From the NCBI GenBank assembly GCA_937124585.1, contig CAKZKT010000051.1, forward strand, positions 16,398-80,397: 64,000 bases of DNA, given 5' to 3'. This document shows, piece after piece, positions 28,490-37,237 of this stretch. Numbering within the stretch: position 1 is the first letter of the stretch; each line of letters starts with the position of its first letter. Both the position numbers and the translations under genes were made by a program. The notes below the pieces were generated by a model that worked only from the letters and a program-made list of their open reading frames with translations, was not told the origin of the DNA and did not search any database. Source of the DNA: an uncultured Anaerolineae bacterium (lineage in GTDB: Bacteria > Chloroflexota > Anaerolineae > CG2-30-64-16).

Positions 28490-29752
28490 ATGAAGATCAC
28501 AGAAGCGATCCGATTGGCGCTGCGGGCCCTGGCCGTTAACAAGCTGCGTTCCGCGTTGACCATGCTGGGCATCATCATCGGCGTGGCCGCGGTCATCACC
28601 TTGCTTTCGGTCGGCCAGGGCGTACAGGTGCTGGTCACAGAGCAATTGCAGAGCGTCGGCACGAACCTGCTCTTCGTGGTGCCGGGCAACATCGGCGCGG
28701 GCGGCCAGGCGCAGTTTCGGGCCGCGGCGCGCTCTTCTTTGACCCTGGCCGACGCGGAGGCAATCGCCGATCCGCTCAACGTGCCCAACGTGGCGCGCGT
28801 GGCCCCCGAGGTGATCAGCGCGGCCACCGTGAGCTATGGCAAGAAGGACTTGCGGCTCTCGGTTTCGGGCGTGACGCCGGCCTACGAGATCGTGCGCAAT
28901 TCGCCTGTGGCGGTGGGCAACTTCATCACCGAGTCCGATCTGGCGGGCGGCTCGCGCGTGGCCGTGCTGGGCAGCCGCGCGGCCGAGAAGCTCCTCGGCG
29001 CGAACGTCTATCCGATCGGCCAGACGATCAAGATCAACGCCGTGCCGTTTAAGGTGGTCGGCGTGCTGGCCTCCAAAGGCGGCGGCGCCGGTGTGGGCGG
29101 CGGCAATCAAGATGAGGTCGTGCTGGTGCCGCTGAGCACTGCGCATCGCCGGCTCTTCACCACCCGTTTTCGCGATCCGAAAGGCCAGCCGCTGGTATCG
29201 GTCATCTATGCGCAGGTGATCAGCGAAGATCGCATGCCGCAGGCGACCGATGAGATCGGCCAGTTGTTGCGCGCGCGGCACAATATCCGCTATCAGGACG
29301 AGGATGACTTCACCGTGATCAACCAGAAGGATCTGCTGGCAATCTTCGGCCAGATCACAGGCGTGCTTACGATCTTTCTGGGCGCTATCGCCGGCATCAG
29401 CCTGTTGGTAGGCGGGATCGGCATCATGAACATCATGCTCGTTTCGGTGACGGAACGCACGCGCGAGATCGGCCTGCGCAAGGCGGTGGGCGCCAAACGG
29501 CGGGATATCCTCAGCCAGTTCCTGATCGAGTCGGTGATCCTCTCGGTGATCGGCGGGCTGATCGGCATTGCGCTGGGCGCTGGCGGAGCGTTCGCAGTCT
29601 CGCAGCTGGCGAGCGATCTGAAGGCGGTGGTGACGCTGGATTCGGTGCTGCTGGCCACCGGCTTTTCGGCCATCGTCGGGCTGTTCTTCGGCATTTATCC
29701 GGCGACGCGGGCCGCCCGCTTGAACCCCATCGAGGCGCTGCGCTATGAGTAG
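28490..29752 (+). CDS. MacB-type ABC permease (FtsX-like with MacB periplasmic domain)
   Basis: Four TM helices, a large periplasmic domain and a C-terminal FtsX-like ...NIMLVSVTERTREIGLRKAVGA. Confidence 0.85.
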   Translation: MKITEAIRLALRALAVNKLRSALTMLGIIIGVAAVITLLSVGQGVQVLVTEQLQSVGTNLLFVVPGNIGAGGQAQFRAAARSSLTLADAEAIADPLNVPNVARVAPEVISAATVSYGKKDLRLSVSGVTPAYEIVRNSPVAVGNFITESDLAGGSRVAVLGSRAAEKLLGANVYPIGQTIKINAVPFKVVGVLASKGGGAGVGGGNQDEVVLVPLSTAHRRLFTTRFRDPKGQPLVSVIYAQVISEDRMPQATDEIGQLLRARHNIRYQDEDDFTVINQKDLLAIFGQITGVLTIFLGAIAGISLLVGGIGIMNIMLVSVTERTREIGLRKAVGAKRRDILSQFLIESVILSVIGGLIGIALGAGGAFAVSQLASDLKAVVTLDSVLLATGFSAIVGLFFGIYPATRAARLNPIEALRYE

Positions 29753-31274
29753 GTTCGCAGCGCGGCCGTTTTTCCTGGGCCTGGCCGTGTTGATCTGTTG
29801 TGCCGTGGCGCTGACCGGCTGTCAGGCCTTTGGGCCGGCCGCTCTGCCGGCGTCGCCCACGCCGCTGCGCCTGCCCCAGGCCACGCGCGGCCAGCCCACC
29901 CAACCGCCTGCTGTCCCGACGAGCACGCCCACCGTAGCGGCTCGCGCGGCGGTTTCGCCTGTGATCGCGGCGACCGCCACGCCCGCCGCGACACCCACCC
30001 CCACGCCCACGGGGTTGATGGCCGTGGGCCGGCTGCCGTCGCTGGCGGTGCGCAGCCTGCCGCGAGCCGATGCGCCGATGGTGGCGAGCGTGCCGGGTTC
30101 GCAGATCGTGTGGATCGAAGGGCGCAATGCCGACGGACGTTGGGTGCGCGCGGTTTTCGACGAGGCGGGCAGCCGCGGCTGGTTGCTGCGCAGCGACCTG
30201 GTGTTGTGGGGCGAGCTAGAGGATGTGGCGGTGGTCGAGGCCTCGGGCGAGGTCGCCGCGACGGCGGTCCCGGCCGGAGTTGCGCTGGCCGCGGCGCGCT
30301 CTCCGTCACCCCAGGCTGCAGCCAGGCCGACGCTGGCCGGCAAGGTCGTGTTTCAGACGGCCAGCGGCGGCGATATCTACATCGTCAACGCGGATGGCAG
30401 CGGCCTGCGCCGGCTCACCGACGGCATGGATCCGGTCCTCTCGCCGGATGGGACACGCGTGGCCTTTGTGCGCTGGGGAGCGCCGCACGGAGTCTTCGTC
30501 CTCGATCTGCGCACCGGGCAGGAGCAGCGCATCGTCGCGGTCAACCAGCCGCGCGGGCCGACCTGGAGCGCCGATGGCCGGCGCCTCGCTTTCACCCATG
30601 TGACCCGGACGCGCACCTGCATTGATCTCGGTTTCGCCTGTTTGGAGGTCGAGGAGGTGCGCCGTTTGTTCGGCGGCCAGGATTGCATCATCACGCCCCA
30701 GGGCCGGCGGTGCATCGGCGATTATCCGGTGCGGAAGTTGGATGACAACGGGCTGGAATTGTTCGATCTGCAGGATGCGGCGCGGGAGAATCTGATCGGC
30801 GAGGGGACGATTCAGTCGTTGCAGTGGCGGCCCGGCCAGGAGCAACTGCTTTTTCGCGGTCGCACGGGCCTGCAAACGATCCGGCCGGGCGAGCGGCCGG
30901 CACCCCTGATCAACGATCCGAACCTCGGCAGTCCCGTCTGGTCGCCGGACGGCCAGCGAATCGCCGCGCAGCTGCGCATCCACGATCGCACGGAGATCGT
31001 GTTGCTCGATGCCGGCGGCGCGTTGATCGCCCATCTGACGCAGCCGCCGCCCACTTACGAGCGGCCGGGGCAGCCGGCGCCGCATAATGTGGCGCCGGCC
31101 TGGTCGCCGGACGGTCGTTCGCTCATCTTTCTCAGCAACAGGACCGGCACATGGCGCCTGCACATCATGGACGCCGACGGTGCCAATCAGCGGTTGTTCT
31201 TGCCGGATGTGCTGGCGGCGATCGAGTATCGCTATGATTTCGCCGCCGAACGCGTGGCGCATTGGGGGCGGTGA
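29745..31274 (+). CDS. Lipoprotein with a Pro/Thr-rich linker, SH3-like region and TolB-like (PD40) beta-propeller repeats
   Basis: Lipobox LTGC. Repeated DGS/DGxxxAF WD40-like-PD40 units. Confidence 0.6.
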   Translation: MSRFAARPFFLGLAVLICCAVALTGCQAFGPAALPASPTPLRLPQATRGQPTQPPAVPTSTPTVAARAAVSPVIAATATPAATPTPTPTGLMAVGRLPSLAVRSLPRADAPMVASVPGSQIVWIEGRNADGRWVRAVFDEAGSRGWLLRSDLVLWGELEDVAVVEASGEVAATAVPAGVALAAARSPSPQAAARPTLAGKVVFQTASGGDIYIVNADGSGLRRLTDGMDPVLSPDGTRVAFVRWGAPHGVFVLDLRTGQEQRIVAVNQPRGPTWSADGRRLAFTHVTRTRTCIDLGFACLEVEEVRRLFGGQDCIITPQGRRCIGDYPVRKLDDNGLELFDLQDAARENLIGEGTIQSLQWRPGQEQLLFRGRTGLQTIRPGERPAPLINDPNLGSPVWSPDGQRIAAQLRIHDRTEIVLLDAGGALIAHLTQPPPTYERPGQPAPHNVAPAWSPDGRSLIFLSNRTGTWRLHIMDADGANQRLFLPDVLAAIEYRYDFAAERVAHWGR

Positions 31275-31294
31275 GGGCTGAGGGGCGGCATGAA

Positions 31295-31326
31295 TGCGCG
31301 ACGTATCAGGCGCCGAATACGTCGCG
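31295..31326 (+). terminator. Hairpin GCGCGACGTAT-N10-ATACGTCGCGC after the lipoprotein gene
   Basis: Perfect 11-bp inverted repeat. Confidence 0.35.
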
Positions 31327-31333
31327 CGGTGCT

Positions 31334-31362
31334 TTGACAGGTCGGCAGCTGACGGCTATAAT
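31334..31362 (+). promoter_or_regulatory. Perfect-consensus sigma-70 promoter: TTGACA, 17 nt, TATAAT
   Basis: TTGACA 31334-31339 and TATAAT 31357-31362, 48 nt upstream of the small ORF. Confidence 0.55.
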
Positions 31363-31409
31363 CGGCGTGTCGAAGTTGCCCTGTTCGGGGATAAAGTGAG
31401 GGGGAAGGA

Positions 31410-31529
31410 ATGGCTCGCAGGAAGTCCAAACGGCTCGATTGGCGCATGATCGTGTTTGTGAGCATCTCGTTGATCATTGTCTTGAGCATGGTGCTTTTCA
31501 CCATCGTGCCTGCGTTGCCCGGTTTTTGA
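31410..31529 (+). CDS. Unannotated 39-aa single-TM membrane peptide (MARRKSKRLDWRMIVFVSISLIIVLSMVLFTIVPALPGF)
   Basis: Strong RBS GAGGGGGAAGGA, a basic N-terminus, then a 22-residue hydrophobic helix. The stop is 4 nt before the DMT transporter ATG. It is below the ORF-track length cutoff. Confidence 0.45.
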   Translation: MARRKSKRLDWRMIVFVSISLIIVLSMVLFTIVPALPGF

Positions 31530-31532
31530 TCC

Positions 31533-32417
31533 ATGGCCGATGGCCGCGTTGCACCTCTGGCTGCTGCCCATAGTGTGCGGAGCGGGGTGCTCCTGGCGTG
31601 CGTGGCGGTTCTCGCATTTTCTACCAGTCCGGTGTTCGTGCTGGCCGCTGCGCCGTTCAGCGCGTTCGTCATTACGTTCGGTCGGCTGGCGATCGGGGCG
31701 CTGTGTACGGCCACGCTGGGGCGACTGTATCGCCAGCCGCTGTTTCCATCCCGCAGCGATTTGCCCCTCTTCGTGGGCTTCGGTTTGATCACCGCGTTGC
31801 ATTTCCTCGCCTATATTGCATCGCTCAACTTTACTACCATCGCACATTCGCTGGCAATCGTCTACACGGCGCCGGTCTTCGTCACGTTTTTTTCGGCGAC
31901 GCTGATCGGGGAGCCGATCACGCTGCGCAAGTGGTGCGGCGTGCTCGTCACGGTGATGGGGATGGCCATCCTCGTCGGCTTCGAGCCGCGCATGGATGGG
32001 CGCATGGCGTTGGGTGACCTGCTGGCACTGATCTCGGCGATCACTTTCGGCCTTTATTCGGTGGCGGGCCGCTCGCAGCGCGTGCGCTACGGTCTGTTCA
32101 CCTATACCGGCGCTGTTTACGGCCTGGCGGCGCTGTGGGCGCTGCCGGCTGCGGGGCTCACCTTCAGCCCGGTCGGCGTGTCGCTGAAGTCGGTGCTGGC
32201 GCTGCTGGCGGCCGGTCTGATTCCGCTGGGGTTGGGGCATACGCTTTATAATGCGGCGGTGCGTCGCACCCATGCCACCATCGTCAACCTGATCGCCTCG
32301 CAGGAGGTGACCGGTGGGGTGTTCCTCGGTGCCGTGTTGCTCGATCAGCTGCCGCAGACGAACGAGCTGGCGGGCGCGGCGATCGCGCTGCTGGGAATTG
32401 CGCTGGTATTGATGTAG
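31533..32417 (+). CDS. DMT-superfamily (EamA-like) transporter
   Basis: Ten predicted TM helices arranged as two EamA repeats. Confidence 0.75.
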   Translation: MADGRVAPLAAAHSVRSGVLLACVAVLAFSTSPVFVLAAAPFSAFVITFGRLAIGALCTATLGRLYRQPLFPSRSDLPLFVGFGLITALHFLAYIASLNFTTIAHSLAIVYTAPVFVTFFSATLIGEPITLRKWCGVLVTVMGMAILVGFEPRMDGRMALGDLLALISAITFGLYSVAGRSQRVRYGLFTYTGAVYGLAALWALPAAGLTFSPVGVSLKSVLALLAAGLIPLGLGHTLYNAAVRRTHATIVNLIASQEVTGGVFLGAVLLDQLPQTNELAGAAIALLGIALVLM

Positions 32418-32494
32418 TTGGGCCAAACCCGGTATCCTCTTTGTCGCAGAACCGGGAGGGGGCGTTAATCCAAATGCCATGTCGCCGCGCGGCA

Positions 32495-32635
32495 GGAGAT
32501 GGGTGTAGATCAGGGTTGTTTTGATGTCTTTGTGGCCCTGAACAGAACCATGTTTGCTTTGTTGGGCGATATGGTCGAACTTACAGATGGTGTCAACATC
32601 ACTGTCTGTGGCTTGGCGGATTGAGAACATGCTCT
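32495..32635 (-). pseudogene. Tyrosine recombinase/integrase C-terminal remnant
   Basis: The minus-strand reading ...FDHIAQQSKHGSVQGHKDIKTTLIYTHL... matches the integrase box II (LLGH...TT..YTH, with the catalytic Tyr). No N-terminal or core-binding domain survives upstream. Confidence 0.45.
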
Positions 32636-32673
32636 CCTGTGATCCTGGATTAACCCGAAAATCGTCGCTGGAG

Positions 32674-32699
32674 GTGCCAGACACTCTGCAAGATGCCTG
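32674..32699. repeat. Degenerate solo copy of the GTGCCAGGCAC...TGCCTGGCAC palindromic element
   Basis: GTGCCAGACACTCTGCAAGATGCCTG compared with the unit GTGCCAGGCACTCGGCAAGATGCCTGGCAC. Confidence 0.5.
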
Positions 32700-33465
32700 C
32701 GTAGTCCCGCGACAGCGGGGACACGTGGACACGGCTTGTTTTCATGGCTTTTTTGTGCGCAGACCGGTGCATGGGCCGCTTGTTGGTTGTGGCTACGGTG
32801 ACCTTTGCCCCGGGCGAGGCTGTTGACGGCGCTTTCATCCTGTTTTTTGTCTTTTTGGCGCCGCGCGTCATCTTTCGGACGATAATGGGCCATGCTGACG
32901 CGTTGTTGGGCAAAGCTCCGGCCTGGCGGTGATACTTGCCCGACGAAAGCCAACGTCCAGGAGGTACGCCGTGGCCTGCCGAAGACTGGAGACCATATCA
33001 AGCGCAAGACGGTCGGCAAGTATCGCGTCTGGGCGACTGAGCAAGGGCTGCTGGCGCAACGCGGCCTGCCCAGCCGGGAGGCGCTGCACCGTGGCCTGGC
33101 CGCGAACGCGTGGTCCATTCTGGCCGTGATTTGACGCCGAACCCGTCGCTGCCTCGCGTCTCAAGGCCTATGTTTAGCCCCTTTCTGTTTCCTGGCAAGC
33201 AGCCTACATCCCGGCGTCCATTGTAAGCTGAAACCCAAAAATATCAAGATGTTTTTTTCTCTCCCTCGACCTTAAACCGCGTTGCCGCGTGCGACAGGCC
33301 TGGCGGTACGCCGTTGCCCGGGCTGACGACGGGCCGGGTTTCGATCCGAGGCGGCAGCGGAGCCACCGCGGAGCTCATCGCGGATCGCCTCGCCGGCGCG
33401 GAGAGACTTGCGCTGTAAGAGACCCCCGCTGCTTGAACGCATGTCCGAACATCGGAACAATCCGC

Positions 33466-33494
33466 TTGACAGCAAACCGGAGCAAATGTATGCT
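33466..33494 (+). promoter_or_regulatory. Sigma-70 promoter (TTGACA, 17 nt, TATGCT) with a ~140-nt GC-rich leader upstream of the P-type ATPase remnant
   Basis: Direct sequence match. Confidence 0.45.
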
Positions 33495-33637
33495 GTGATC
33501 GGCATCTCGCGAGCGCCGGGACCGGCCGTGCCGCCCGGGCGGGCAATGCAAGCGCGGAGCACCGTAGCCCACCGGCCGCGCGCCTGCCGGATCCACGGCA
33601 CGAGGGATGCGACACCGGACTTCAGCGAGGACGCCGT

Positions 33638-34084
33638 ATGCGTGATCTGGACGGACTTTCATCTACCGAGGTGGCCGAGCGGCTGGCGCGTTATGGCCCC
33701 AATGCCCTGCCTGAGCCGCGCCATCGCCTGCTGCGGCTGGTTGCCCGGCAGTTCAGCGGCATCTTCAACCTCTTCTCGCCCGAGGTGTTGCAGACCAACT
33801 GGTTCATCGCCAGCGTCATCACCGAGCTCCTGCTCCTGGCCTCCATCCGCTCCATGCTGCCCATCGAAAAGGCAGGCCGGCCGGCGCCGCTGATCGTCGG
33901 CCTCTCCGCGGCAGCTTTCGTGTTGACCCTGGCGCTGCCGATGATCCCGTGGACGGCGGCGTTCTTCGAGTTCGTCCGGCCGACGCCGGCCCACTTGGCC
34001 CTCATCGTGGCGCTGGCGACGCTCTACCTGGTCATCTCCGAACTGGCCAAGCGGCCACTGGCGCGCTTTTTGAGCAGGCCATAG
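33638..34084 (+). pseudogene. Internally deleted P-type cation ATPase (MgtA/Ca-ATPase-like) remnant: N-terminal ~45 aa fused to C-terminal ~100 aa
   Basis: MRDLDGLSSTEVAERLARYGPNALPEP... is the typical P-type ATPase N-terminus. It joins directly to the terminal TM9-10 region (...NWFIASVITELLLLASIRS...FEFVRPTPAHLALIVALATLYLVISELAKRPLARF). The ~700-aa catalytic core is missing. Confidence 0.5.
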
Positions 34085-34122
34085 GGCATTTCGGTTGAGT
34101 TTCTGCAACGCATCGGGAAGGG

Positions 34123-34151
34123 TTGGCTTTTGAGCGGGTCTCGGCTATAAT
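34123..34151 (+). promoter_or_regulatory. Promoter TTGGCT, 17 nt, TATAAT for the PIG-L deacetylase gene
   Basis: TATAAT at 34146-34151. The ORF-track TTG 34123 'start' is actually the -35 element. Confidence 0.4.
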
Positions 34152-34197
34152 TCCCCCGGATTCAGACAACCGATACCAAACAAAATCTGTGGAACGC

Positions 34198-35457
34198 ATG
34201 AACCGACCACTCACCATCCTGGCCATCTTCGCCCATCCCGACGACGAGATCGGCTCCGGCTCCACCCTGGCGTATTACAGCGACCAGGGCGTGCGCACTG
34301 TGTTGATCTGCGCCACGCGCGGTGAAGCCGCGACGATCTTCTGTGACGGCTGTGCGACGCCCGAAAATCTGGCCCAGGTGCGCACACGCGAGCTGGAATG
34401 CGCCTGCGCGCACATCGGCATCCACGAGCTGCGCTGGCTCGACTGGCCCGACGGCGGCATCGGATCCCTGCCGCGCGGCCCGGCCGTCGCCGAGATCGTG
34501 CGCTACGTGCGCGAGCTGCGGCCCGATGTCATCCTGACCCATCCCGAACACGGCCTCTATCCGCATCCAGACCACCTGGCGCTGTGGGAGATCGTGCGCG
34601 AGGCATTCTCGGCCGTAGCCGATCCGGAAGAGCACCCCGCAGCCGGGCCGGCCTGGGCGCCTGCGCGTCTCTTCACGCGCGCCCTGCCCCAGAGCATCTT
34701 CGAGGTCGCGCCCGGCCTGAAGGAGTTTCGCGTGGAGCTCAACGGCCAGCTATTGCCGTTCTACGCCACGCCCGACCACGAAATTGACGTCATCATGCGC
34801 GTCGAGCCATGGGTCGAACGGCGTATGGCAGCCTGGGCCTGTCATCGTTCGCAGCATAACCCGAAAGGCTTCTCTGCGACCATGCCCGACGGTGTGCGTC
34901 GCGAGATGGCTGCCAACGAGCATTTCCTGCTGGCCGCCGCGCGCGTGCCGCTGCCCGATGGCGTCAGCGATGACCTGCTGGCCGGCCTGGATCAGAGCGA
35001 CGCCGCGGACGACGTCGAGGTGGCCGGCCCGACTGCTTTGCTGCGCGACGAACTCGCCTGGCATCGCGCCTTCGCCGAGATCTGCGAACGCTATGGCGCA
35101 GACCAGGCCGAGCCGCGGGTGGCCGAGGTCGCGCGGCGCCTGTTCGACGCCGAACAGGAGATCATCCATCGCCTGGCGCGCGGTTTGCGCCTGATCGGAG
35201 AATCGGCCGGCGCGGTCGAGTCGGATGCTCGCCTGAAGGCACAGGGCCTGCAGCGACAGTCGCCCGCCGAGCACCTGGCATTTTTGCGCGATCAGATCGC
35301 GCAAGCCGCCGCACGGCTGCGCACCTGGCCGGCCGCCGACGCCCCTGTGCGCGACGACAGTCTGATCGCACTGATCGAGGCACAACGGGCACAGGTCGTC
35401 GCCGTCGAGCAGGAATTACAGGATGCCCACCCAGGCCCTGATGCCCGGATCGGTTGA
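34198..35457 (+). CDS. PIG-L/LmbE-family N-acetylglucosaminyl deacetylase with a C-terminal extension
   Basis: ILAIFAHPDDE...HPDH zinc-binding motifs. Confidence 0.75.
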   Translation: MNRPLTILAIFAHPDDEIGSGSTLAYYSDQGVRTVLICATRGEAATIFCDGCATPENLAQVRTRELECACAHIGIHELRWLDWPDGGIGSLPRGPAVAEIVRYVRELRPDVILTHPEHGLYPHPDHLALWEIVREAFSAVADPEEHPAAGPAWAPARLFTRALPQSIFEVAPGLKEFRVELNGQLLPFYATPDHEIDVIMRVEPWVERRMAAWACHRSQHNPKGFSATMPDGVRREMAANEHFLLAAARVPLPDGVSDDLLAGLDQSDAADDVEVAGPTALLRDELAWHRAFAEICERYGADQAEPRVAEVARRLFDAEQEIIHRLARGLRLIGESAGAVESDARLKAQGLQRQSPAEHLAFLRDQIAQAAARLRTWPAADAPVRDDSLIALIEAQRAQVVAVEQELQDAHPGPDARIG

Positions 35458-35649
35458 GACGGTGGTTGAGGACGCGAGCGCGTCGGGAGCCAGCGGCCGG
35501 CACAGGACGCACTGCTGCTTCGCGTTGCCGCGTACCATCGCGCAACCAGGCTCCCGAGGCCGACCGCCCCGGAATGACAGCGGCCGGCGCGATCTGTCCT
35601 GCGCGGCCTTGTCCGATTCCCGACACCATCCCGCGACCGACAGCCAGAA

Positions 35650-35678
35650 TTGCCAGTATCCCGACAAATCAGTATACT
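35650..35678 (+). promoter_or_regulatory. Promoter TTGCCA, 17 nt, TATACT for lpd
   Basis: Followed by an AAGGAG RBS and ATG 35700. Confidence 0.4.
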
Positions 35679-35699
35679 TCTCAAGGAGTCCGTACCACC

Positions 35700-37112
35700 A
35701 TGTCTGAAGTCACTACATACGATCTCATCGTCCTCGGCGGAGGGCCGGGCGGCTATGTGGCGGCCATTCGCGCAGCACAACTGGGCCGCAAGGTTGCCGT
35801 CGTGGAGCGCGAGGCGCTGGGCGGCGTCTGCCTGAATTGGGGTTGCATCCCGACCAAGTCGTTGCTGCGCAATGCGGAACTGGCGAGCATCTTGACTGGC
35901 GAGGCGAAGGAATTCGGCTTCAGCTTCGACAATCTGAAGCTGGACTACGCAGCCGCCCAGAAGCGCAGCCGTCAGGTCTCCGAACGACTGGTGCGCGGCA
36001 TCGGCTTCCTGTTCCGCAAGAACAACGTTACCCTGGTCCAGGGCACGGGCAGGCTGATCGGCCCCAAACAGATCCGGGTCGAGCCGTCCGGCCAGACGCT
36101 CGAGACCAGCCACATCATCATCGCCACCGGCGCCCGCCCGCGCGCGTTGCCCGGCATGGTGGTGGACGGACAGAAGATCATCACCTCGCGGCAGGCGCTG
36201 GAGCTGACGAGCGTGCCCCAACGTCTGGTCATCGTCGGTGCGGGTGCCATCGGCATGGAATTCGCCTACATTTTCCGCGCCTATGGCGCCGCGGTCACGG
36301 TGATCGAGATGCTGCCCCATGTGCTGCCGCTGGAAGACGAAGAGACCGCGGCCGAGGTGGCGAAGGCATTCAAGAAACAGGGCATCGTGACCCTGGTCAA
36401 CACGCGCACCGAGGCGGTCGAACCGACGGCCACCGGCGTGAACGTGCGGGTGAAGGAGCAGGCAAGCGGGCAAGAACAGACGATCAGCGCGGACGTGGTG
36501 CTCGTCGCCATCGGCGTGGCGCCCAATAGCGACGGCATCGGCCTGGAGGCGGCCGGCGTGCAGACCGACAAACGCGGCTTCATCCCGGTAAACGAGTTCA
36601 TGCAGACCAATGTCCCCGGCATCTACGCCATCGGCGACGTCACGGGCAAGCTGCTGCTGGCGCACGTGGCCAGCGCGCAGGGCATCGTGGCGGCCGAGCA
36701 CCTGGCCGGCCACGAGACGCGACCGCTTCGCGATGTGGATTACACCTTCATGCCGCGCTGCACCTACTGCAAGCCGCAGGTGGCCAGCCTGGGCTACACC
36801 GAGGCGCAGGCGAAAGAAAAGGGCTACGCGATCAAAGTCGGCAAGTTCCCCTTCATTGCCAGCGGCAAGGCGCTCGGCCTCAACGAAAAGGATGGCTTCG
36901 TCAAGATCATCGCCGATGCCAGATATGGCGAGATCCTGGGCGCGCACCTGGTCGGCCCCGAGGTCACCGAGCTTTTGCCCGAGCTGGCGCTGGCGCACAC
37001 CTGGGAGCTGACGACAGAGGAGATCGCCCGCACCGTCCACGCGCACCCCACCCTGTCCGAGGCGCTGATGGAGGCAGCCCACGCCGTGGGCGGCCAGGCA
37101 ATCCATATCTAG
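35700..37112 (+). CDS. lpd: Dihydrolipoyl dehydrogenase
   Basis: MSEVTTYDLIVLGGGPGGYVAAIRAAQLG, redox-active GGVCLNWGCIPTK, NAD-binding VIVGAGAIG, C-terminal HAHPTLSEA. The upstream ORF-track extension is rejected. Confidence 0.9.
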   Translation: MSEVTTYDLIVLGGGPGGYVAAIRAAQLGRKVAVVEREALGGVCLNWGCIPTKSLLRNAELASILTGEAKEFGFSFDNLKLDYAAAQKRSRQVSERLVRGIGFLFRKNNVTLVQGTGRLIGPKQIRVEPSGQTLETSHIIIATGARPRALPGMVVDGQKIITSRQALELTSVPQRLVIVGAGAIGMEFAYIFRAYGAAVTVIEMLPHVLPLEDEETAAEVAKAFKKQGIVTLVNTRTEAVEPTATGVNVRVKEQASGQEQTISADVVLVAIGVAPNSDGIGLEAAGVQTDKRGFIPVNEFMQTNVPGIYAIGDVTGKLLLAHVASAQGIVAAEHLAGHETRPLRDVDYTFMPRCTYCKPQVASLGYTEAQAKEKGYAIKVGKFPFIASGKALGLNEKDGFVKIIADARYGEILGAHLVGPEVTELLPELALAHTWELTTEEIARTVHAHPTLSEALMEAAHAVGGQAIHI

Positions 37113-37237
37113 CACGAGTCAGCGAGATCATGACGACATACGCCGCGGGCTCGACCGTGACAACGACTGGTGGCACGGCCGAGCCAGGTTCCGAGCGGGG
37201 CAGGTGCCTGTCCTGGCGTCATCGAGAAAGGCCTGAT

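Noticed and set aside
31356-32732. 458-aa minus-strand ORF as a real gene.
   Set aside because: It overlaps the well-supported DMT transporter on the opposite strand, and only its first ~50 codons (the integrase box II remnant) show any family signal.
33495-33637. Mg2+ (M-box) riboswitch in the leader of the ATPase remnant.
   Set aside because: A structured GC-rich leader after a good promoter is present, but I cannot see the conserved M-box core by eye. It is left as an Rfam check only.
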